Positions 55,263 through 64,000 of a stretch of 64,000 nucleotides of DNA are shown piece after piece (the stretch's first letter is position 1; each line of letters starts with the position of its first letter). The position numbers and the translations under genes are program-made. Source of the DNA: Azolla caroliniana (taxonomy: Eukaryota; Plantae; Polypodiophyta). The stretch is from assembly GCA_043228905.1 (NCBI GenBank), contig JBHGNT010000008.1, positions 4,154,001-4,218,000 of the forward strand. The letters run 5' to 3'. The notes beneath the pieces are model-generated. The model had not been told where the DNA came from. It did no database searches and worked only from the letters and a program-made list of their open reading frames with translations.

Positions 55263-57553
55263 CTATCTGTCACTATCAGTAGAAGAGGAGCTCCCGGAAT
55301 CTGAACCTGTTTTACAAAAATAAAAACATAGTTACGCACAAGATAGTTCATCGTGAAGCTCATCAAATAACCTTTTTTGTCTTACCTTATTTTCTGGTGA
55401 GATTTCTTGCCTAAATGGTTCATTTTTTAGAGGATCTGTGTACACACAAATCTGGTGTTGACAAAGCATAATCTATTTTAATCTTTTATCTATTCTGCCT
55501 ATAGTTACGTTTCCTTTTCACCTTTTTGCCCTTTTTAAATTATGGTTTGCAATTGCATTGTCTGTTACTTTACCTTTTCTCCCTACTTATTATAATTTTG
55601 GATAGAAGTCTCACCAAAACAGTAATGAGAACAAAAATGCTCACTCATTGAATTCCAGTCAATTTTTTCCTTGTTTACGAAAACAAATACTTCCATATCT
55701 GTACTCTATACTCACCACTAGATGACTCACTGCTTGATTTGTTGCCTGACATAGCACTTCTCTCCTTGTCCATTCCGAGCGGAGCAGACTCAAGCACTGC
55801 CACAAAATAAGCTATAATAATAAGTTCACAGAGAATGCAGTTGTACATGTTTTCAGAAAGTTATCCAATCATTACCTTTCTGTTTCTTATTTGCTTGATC
55901 AAGTCGATCATCTTCAATGGGCTGTAACAGAAGAAAGCAGAGAAACTTCAGAAGACCAAACTAAATCATTATGTTCAATTCCAAAACTTGAAGACAAATA
56001 CAAACCTGTTTTGGACTCTCATGTTCGATATGGATGTTATTGAGAGATGCCTTGGCGCGCCGATCCAACTCCCATAGGGTTTCATCATCAAATGAATCCA
56101 AATCTATCTCTATTTCATCATCTTCCTGGCTCATGTTCATATTCCTTTCCTTCATCAAAATTATAAGTTCTTCTAGCATTTGTTGTGGAAGTTGTCCCAG
56201 AGTTGTTTGTAACTCAACTTTCTCCTCATACGTCATAGGCTTTTTGGGTGGATTAGCTTGTGCATCTGTAGTTGATATCTTGGGCTTCTCTGGCATTTTC
56301 ATCTTTTCTGAACCTTTAATAGGTTCTGAAAGGACTTTAGCTTTGCCTTGAGTTCCATCACTTGCCACAGTTTTTGGTTTATCTGAAGCTTTGGACTTAG
56401 CTTGGCCTCCAGACTTAGTCATAACTTTTGATTTTCCTGGAGCTTCTGGTTTGACTATACTTTTGGTTTTGGTCAAACCTTGAGCCTTTGTTGGAGCCTT
56501 TGTCTTTGCTGAAGTAGCTTTGGCCTTCCCTGGTATAACATCAGCTTTACCAACTGAGCCTTTAGACTTTTCTTGTGTATAGTTTTTGCTACCTAAAACA
56601 TTCTTCTTTGAAGCATCATCTACTTTAGAATTAGGGAGAGCGACATCAAGCAGCTTAGCTGATCCATCAACTCCATTTACTTTTCCCACATTGTTCTTCT
56701 CCCACTTTTCCTTCAGAACATCCCATTCTTTTTTGAATATTGACAACAAGACAGCTGCAGATTGGTGAACATCATTTCCTTGAGGATTATACGTCATAGC
56801 ATTATTAAATGTCAACCTTATATCATCTGCAAACTCTGTAAGTGATTTATATTGTTTCTTATCCAATCTGGTTTTTACAGTTCCAAGATCCATGGGTTTC
56901 TTGATTACTGAATGATAATCTGAAAGGCTAAGTTTTACTGCATCAACGGGCTCATTGAAAATCCACCCATCTTCATGTCCCATTAGCTTTTTAAGTATAG
57001 CTTTGCATTGTGGCATATACTTATTTAGCAATATCGATGGATCCTGCGCAGAATTTCCCTGAATTTTCCCAGCATCTTGGCTATTCCAACTGTTAGGGAA
57101 AGTGTTAGATCGTCGCGAAGGAGGCAAATCATCTTTTGCTGCAATGGCTTTGGGTTTGTTGTTGACCTCATTGGCTTTGGAAGTTCGTCTCTTGTTTAGA
57201 GTTTCTACTCCAATAGGGCTAGCGAGTGAAGTGTCACGATGCCCAAAACCATTTAAATTTAGGTCAAAGTGAGAAGTCACCTCCTTACCACTAGCATATC
57301 TCGAAGATAGATCATTACCAGAGAATTGTGCATCACTTATGCTTGGATGAGCTGTTGTCAATCGTGATTGTTGCCGAAGTTGCAATTCTCTAGCTTCAAG
57401 CTTAGAAGAAAGCCCAAGTACTTTGTTCAAATCATCCTTCAATTTTTGCCTAACCTTCCTTCGCATATCTCTTGTCATCTCATCTGAAAGATCCATATTA
57501 CTGGTATGGCTGTAATATAGTTCTCTCTTACGATTAGAGGCTTGCGCTATCAT
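55263..57553 (-). CDS. GTE: GTE-family bromodomain and extra-terminal (BET) protein; exons 57553-56006, 55921-55876, 55796-55716, 55306-55263 (572 aa)
   Basis: Bromodomain CKAILKKLMGHEDGWIFNEPVD..DYHSVIKKPMDLGTVK..FADDIRLTFNNAMTYNPQGNDVH; ET domain MTYEEKVEL..DEIEIDLDSFDDETLWEL; Ser-rich end GSDSGSSSSTDSDR*. The small 3' exons are less certain. A 5'UTR intron probably spans ~57775-60350. Confidence 0.9.
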
Positions 57554-60500
57554 TTATATGCCAGACAAACGAGGTAAATGACGATCAGTTAAAGGAAACT
57601 AATGAACTCCAGAAAGTGAGGTATGAATGTATGATATGACACTGCATCTTCTGAAGTTCTATTGTTATAAACCAGTGTGATCTATGCTTTAACCTCATCC
57701 AAAATGCAGAGAAATTTCTGGAGTCTCCAAATTTAAATCAAATTTGTTCCACCAAAAACCCAAGGCCCTCTAACCTGATAGAAAAATAAGATGCATCAAT
57801 TAAGAATTCAAAACCACCAAAGATAAGGCTAGTCTGGTCAAAGCACACCGTTGGTTGTAGAGCATCTACAATCTACGAGAATATTCAATGCACATAAGCC
57901 TCCACTAGAGACTTATTCAGAAATTCCTCATAATCAATATTGTTTAGCTAATATTTCAAAAGGATGATCTTTCTGAATAAGCTTTTGTGTCTTGGGGAGA
58001 ACTATATCTTTTAATACTGCTTATTATGGTATCCTTGAACTCACCATGTTTACAGTGAAAAACACAAGCAAAACTAAATCAAATGATATAGTAGTTCATA
58101 CAAATACAATGCATTAAGTCTGTTGAATTTATTCATAGTTCAAGTGCCTTTTCCAACAGTTTTCCTATGTGGAAAACAACACTTCTTAATGCCCAAAGAC
58201 TCTAAAGGAATGAAAAAGATGTGAATCCCATTTCTCATGGTATGCAACATGAAAGATGTGAATGGCATTAACTAATATCCTTTGTGGATTATGTGTCCAC
58301 AATTTAGAAGTGTGATCTGAATTCTATAACAGTTACACCGTGTTCATGGTTATGCTATACCAACAACTTTGCTTCTGTAAACTATATATCTACAATTAGG
58401 GAGTCTTACGATCAATTATATTCAATGACAACACTGATCAGTCAGTCATTATCAAGAAGGTTAAGAACTAACAACCACCTAAAGTTCAACCATTTTGAAA
58501 TAACCCTCACACCATATTTAGAAACAGGAAATACTGAGAATTGTCATTCAGCTAAAGTATTTACAGGCTCTCTACCATACTTCACTTAGGTTTCCACATT
58601 TTATGCACAGAAAGGCTTAAGAACTTGTTCAGCTATCTCAATCGAGAGAAAACATATTACCACAACCTTCACATGAAAACTATTTAATATGACCCCAATA
58701 CAGCATCTGCATTGTCTTTATTCACGGTGTCATTTCTTCATAGTGAATAACAGATAGAAATTGCTGGAGTTCTAAAATTCCATGTGAAACACCATGCAGA
58801 CTTTAAAGCAACCAATATGATTGGTAAAACAGCAATTCGCCACATTATTAAGCCTTCCAATCTCAAGATTATGATCCACATATAGATGTATTTCTGCTTG
58901 ACAAATTCACTAGACCAGAGCAGTTTTAACATGAGCAAGCAAGACAGTTTTCTCATGGCTCGTGGCTACCAACAGAGAGAAACTACAGGAAATCCTAACA
59001 ATGTATGTTGAACACTATTAATTCTTTAAAAAAACTAAAGATTTGCTAATAGATACAAATTTTGGGAAAACCTAGCTGACCAACAGGAATACACGATATA
59101 ATTTACCCAATAATACTGACTTGGTTTTACTACTCTCAAGATTCAATGCTTTATACGGAAACTACATCTGCTTCACAAGCTTCAAAATGTCAAACAGGCA
59201 AAGTTTTCCTGCACCATAGCCTGTACAATGAAACTTTACTGACAGAATCATTGCCAGGTTGATGAGGTCGAGACACGGCCAACTTTAATACTTCAATAAA
59301 AGTGGCCATCAAGCTAATTTCCGCAGAAACAAACAAAAAATCCATCTTCATAGCTAACGACAGATTCGAATTCTAGGAAATGCTTAAGAATCCATGTAAA
59401 ATAGCATAAAAAGCAGATTTTGTGATACACGTGATAACTTTACCTGCTGAGTAAGTCTTATAGTTTCCAGATTAAGAACAAATCCCTCTGTTTGGCAAGC
59501 TTAACAAAGCCAAAGAGGCAAGGCTTCTGTGCACCATGTCTGTGATGAAGCTTCATGGACCAAATCCTCTAAATTCCTGGATAGAAAATTAAAACTCAAA
59601 TTTTGATGTTTCAAAAAGTGGGTAATTCCACTGTGGTTCTTCACGTTACATCAATTTAGGAAATCCTAAAATTTCAAACCGGAACAAAAAAGAATGAACT
59701 CAACATCAATAGAGTGAGAAAGCTCGTGATAAAGAATTTTCTTCAACGTCAACAGAAAAGAGGAAAAGGCAGGAATTTCTTCAACAAGAACAGAGGAAAT
59801 TTGTGAAAGGCAGAAAATCAATTCAACATCAACAGGAAGAGTAGAGAATTAAGAACGTTTCCAAACACAGGACAAAATCAATATCAAAAGAGAGAGAGAG
59901 AGAGAGAGAGAGAGGAGAAGTTGGAGGACCTTTGCAAAAACACAGGATATCTTCAAAACGTCAACAAAGAGATGAGAAAATAGGGAATGTTCGCAAAGAC
60001 AGGAAAATCTTCAACTAAAACAGAGAGGTGAAGGTAGAGGGATTTTCGTAGACGCCTAACATGGAGAGATTTCACGAGGTATGGAATCTTCAGCATCAAC
60101 AGATACGAGGAATTTAGCAAAGGCAGGAAATCTTCGGCATCAAACAGAAAGGCAGGGGGGGGGGGGGGGGGGCAAAGTGGAGAAATTGGAAGAAACAGAA
60201 AACAAGGGAGGAAAGGCAGGTATACGGACCTCACATGGCAGGTAGTAGCAGGTATATGATCTCTGGTGAGGAAGGAGACCGACTTCTGGCGGAGACGATG
60301 CTAGAAGAGGGAGGGGGGCGAAGTGTTGGTTCAATTTCTGCAGGAGGTAACCTAATACCTCCACTTGAAAGAAGGAAGCAGGAAGAAGAAGAAGAAGAAG
60401 AAGAAGAAGAAGAAGAGGAAATCGCGAGAGCTCAGAGAATCGCCATGGCTGCTTCTCTCTGCAGACACAGACCTTCTTCTTCTTCTTCTTCTTCTCTCTC

Positions 60501-60672
60501 TCTCTCTCAGAGCACGCCACTGTGTCAAAGGGAAAGTCCTGAGATGAACGACAGCCGTCCGATCCCCACCCCTCCATCCGACGGCCCACATCTCACACGC
60601 CCCATATCCATTTTACTTCCTTCTTTCTTTGCTAATCACCCTCCTCTATTGCTTAATCACTCCTCTAGTTCT

Positions 60673-60965
60673 TAATCACCCCGATTAGGCACCCTCCTCT
60701 ATTTCTTAATCAACCCGATTAGGCACCCTCCTCTATTGCTTAATCACCCCGATTAGGCACCCTCCTCTATTGCCTAATCACCCCGATTAGGCACCCTCCT
60801 CCATTGCCTAATCACCCCGATTAGGCACCCTCCTCCATTGCCTAATCACCCCGATTAGGCACCCTCCTCCATTGCCTAATCACCCCGATTAGGCACCCTC
60901 CTCTATTGCCTAATCAGCCCGATTAGGCACCCTTCTCTATTGCTTAATCCCCCCGATTAGGCACG
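60673..60965. repeat. 34-bp minisatellite (~8.5 copies) containing a 9-bp-stem hairpin that spans adjacent units, upstream of GTE
   Basis: Unit taatcaccccgattaggcaccctcct(c/t..)attgc(c/t); tgcctaatc-acccc-gattaggca is an inverted repeat. Degenerate copies flank both sides. Confidence 0.96.
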
Positions 60966-62853
60966 CTCTCCCCTATCTAATCGCTCTCATTCGGCACCGT
61001 CTTAATCACCCTCCTTAAGCATCCCACTCCCACACTTAATCGCTCCCGGTTAAGCACCCACTCCCCCGCTTAATCCCCCCCCCCCCCCCCCCCAATTAGA
61101 CACCCTTGGCCTTGCTTAATAATTGGCCTAGTTAACCATCTTTATCGCCCTATGCCCCAAACACCCGGCTCCTGTTGCCATGTAGAACACTCGCAGTTAT
61201 ACAAGCGATGATATATATGCTTGTACATTGCAATGTCCCTGTCTCGCCATTGTTTGTGCGTGATCAGCCTCCTCCCCCGTCCCCCGTCGAGATGAGCATC
61301 AGTTTAGTTTTGATTCATTTTCGTTGATTGGTACCTTTGCTTGCCACCTTTAGGTAGGGCTCTCTGGTTTTTAGGATGGCATCTTCGGAAAACTCTAGGT
61401 ATCTCCCTATCGTTAGTTATTTCGTCGTTGTGGATGAGAAGTTAAGAGTTAAAATTTTGCGAATTGAATCACAATTGTTAAAAATAAAGAGGGGGGAGTT
61501 CCATATAACCTATCTCTTCTATTCAAAATGTTAGTATCACCTTAGGAGTGTATTATTTCAAGGATATCAAAGGGCATCAAGACACAATTGCATGAGCTAA
61601 GTCTATAGAACATAGAGACAATAAAAGACAAAATGCCCAATACCCCTCTCGTATGTGTGTGTATATATATAGCCTTATACATATGTACGTAGATACATAG
61701 CTACTTACTCATTTAGTGGGCCTAGTGATATGCAAACATCTTTATTTCGAGAGATGAGCTTTTTTCCATGAACACGAGCTTTTCAATCAAATCGGCAAAC
61801 TTTTAAAAGTGTGCTTGTTTACTTTCCCCGACCCATTCATGCACATCTATGATCTATTCATGGCCCATGCAAGAGATATCCTCAACACATCCATGACATA
61901 CACGTGAACTAGATACATGTCCTTTGATCCCATGGTCTAAACTCTATATAATACATTCCAACCATACCTACAAAATTAACATTGCCCATAAAGCAAGTGG
62001 GGCATTTCGGCAAAGGAGGAATAATGGCCACCTGAATATATTCCATCTTTTTTACACTCTCAAGTATCATTGTAGACAAGCGTAAGATTTCTTTTTCGAC
62101 TAATAATTATTTGCAAAGAAAGGGGGAAAGTATTCTATTGTTTATAAAATACTAGATTCATCAGACATTATATGAGTTAATGGAATATCACTAATTCTTG
62201 CATCAATTACCCAAATACCCCGACCTTTTGTCAAAATCAAATCAACTTGATAAAAATAGAACTATCAAGTTTCTACAATGTTCTAAAAAGAATTTAAATC
62301 ACATTTACTTCACAGAATCAAATCGTGAGTATGTGATAACTTCCCAGTTTGACAACAAAGTCCTTGTTTTAGAGATACAAAAAGTTTAATTGATTGCTTT
62401 TAGAATAATCCCTCCACTTGCGCGTATTATGACAGTCTTTCAATCCCTCCTTTAAAATGATTTGGAACATTGGTTTCACGGCTTGCGTACAATCACAAAA
62501 TGTGAATCTGAACTAAATCCTAGGTATATGCAAAAAATGAGGGGTTCTTGTTTAGCCCAAGCCGGAGAATGGAAGGTATAAAACTTGATCTTCTCTAGGT
62601 ATATGACATAGTTGCCCACGGTATATGACAGTTGTGTAAGAGTTATAAGAGTTACATATATTCTACACAATGAGCCGATGTCATATTCAAGAGGCTACTT
62701 CAGAGTCTTTGCCAAAGTAATGGAAAGAACACTTAGATTTGTTTTCCCTTTGGGCACATAGTAGCCCCATTGAATGTTGATGCATATAAGGATAGAGCTT
62801 TCTTTAGAATTGCTGAACAAATCACATCCACCTCTGCCTTATCACTTTTCAAG

Positions 62854-63901
62854 CTACACAAATATTACTTCAAGTTTTGCACATGGATTTCTCTCAATGT
62901 AGGACTTGAGATCTTCATCACTCTGAAACTTCCATGTATACAATGCCTCACGTTGGGTCATCCCCACCGGATAAATCCTATATATCCTCAAAACATCATC
63001 TCCTTGGATGATTTTCGGTCTTTCTGACTTAAAAATTGGGACATAATTCATTGATGAAAATTTTGCTATGATGGCATTGTGGAGTGCTGCTAGAGTCATG
63101 TTGTTGGACCTAAAGAAACAAACCAACCCTTTCATGAGGTACAGAACACGAAAACTAAATAAATAAGCTTGAAATGTTAAATCTAAGGTAAAGAGGATTG
63201 CCTCAGGAAGATTGATTCCATCTCAAACTTCCCCCTCTCACGTATGTAAAGATGATAGGTAGTAATGAGGTTCTCCTTGCATTGACAAGGTCGCTTTTGC
63301 TGCTTCTCTTCTTGTGTTCTCAATTTGGTTCCGAGGTGAATACAAAGTCGGCATGAAGAGTGTACTGATGCCATATCAATCAAAGCTTTAAAAGCTTCAG
63401 AGGGCCCTTCATATTTCCAGCTGTACAATATCCTCCATAGTAACGAGAATGAGAATCTATTCCAAGCTCAAGTTTCATTTAAATTACAAAACTAGAAAGA
63501 TTTGTATTCATAGTAAGCCACCTTAAAGAAGCATTGTAAGACTCCTCATGAGTTGCAAGGTATAGCATCTTTTTTGCAACATCAGCAATCTCATCAACAG
63601 TGTTTATGTATAATATGGAGGAATTAGAGGGTACAAAGTTGTATATGTTTGCTGCACCAATGACCACAGGTATGGAACCTAGGAATTTGAGAATAATAGT
63701 AATGGAAAGATTAGGAAAAACCTTTATATGTGAATAGGAAAACCTTTTATGCATGGAATCTCGGGACCTATCTCACCAAAATTGCCTAATTCTTACCTGC
63801 CACTAAAGACTGCCAGAATTTTTCAGTGACATAGTCATCCTCGTACGAATTCTCAAACGCCAGGCTGAATTTGTAGTTCCGCAAAGCCTCCAATTTGCTC
63901 A
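62854..63901 (-). CDS. Glycoprotein alpha-1,3-fucosyltransferase (GT10, FucT/FUT11-12-like), last four exons: 63901-63797, 63678-63522, 63420-63202, 63109-62854; 5' part outside the window
   Basis: GT10 motif [35 protein letters not shown], then [68 protein letters not shown]. Confidence 0.93.
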
Positions 63902-63914
63902 CTACATAAGATCA

Positions 63915-63917
<3 letters not shown>

Positions 63918-63989
<72 letters not shown>
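63918..63989. repeat. (CT)n microsatellite in the fucosyltransferase intron
   Basis: Read directly from the sequence. Confidence 0.97.
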
Positions 63990-63990
<1 letters not shown>

Positions 63991-64000
63991 AGGAAACCAC

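Noticed and set aside
60140-60675. 146-149-aa ORFs with poly-E/K/L/S
   Set aside because: Driven by (GAA)n/(CTT)n repeats in the probable GTE 5' leader; no domain, and open in many frames.
60673-60965. CRISPR-like array (34-bp palindromic repeats)
   Set aside because: Units are head-to-tail with no unique spacers, there are no cas genes, and the context is eukaryotic; it is a minisatellite.

Overview
AT-rich, intron-containing land-plant nuclear DNA. A fern-like origin is inferred from the very long PLS-class PPR genes and the repeat style; it is not proven. In order: two convergent, intronless PLS/E-type PPR genes lacking a DYW domain (42-3806 +, 9395-13870 -). Between them lies a decayed 5'-truncated non-LTR retrotransposon carrying a hAT-type MITE with an 8-bp TSD. 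Next is a ~9.2-kb composite Mutator-like element (14063-23300) with a decayed DDE/SWIM transposase, two Ulp1-like protease remnants and an internal 183-bp-arm hairpin. Then come a 4-exon beta-amylase, an 8-exon conserved plastid-type protein, a tail-to-tail pair of tRNA-like (SINE-head) sequences, a 7-exon PLD3/PLD-Z-like phospholipase D and a small Cys/His-Gly-rich ORF. The window ends with a GTE bromodomain-ET gene and the 3' part of a GT10 alpha-1,3-fucosyltransferase with a GC-AG intron. The most notable observations are the Mu-killer-like hairpin inside a chimeric MULE, a systematic ~16-aa insertion in seven consecutive L motifs of the first PPR, the His/Cys microprotein, and distinct minisatellites just upstream of three genes. 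All exon boundaries and alignments were read by eye; no database searches were run.
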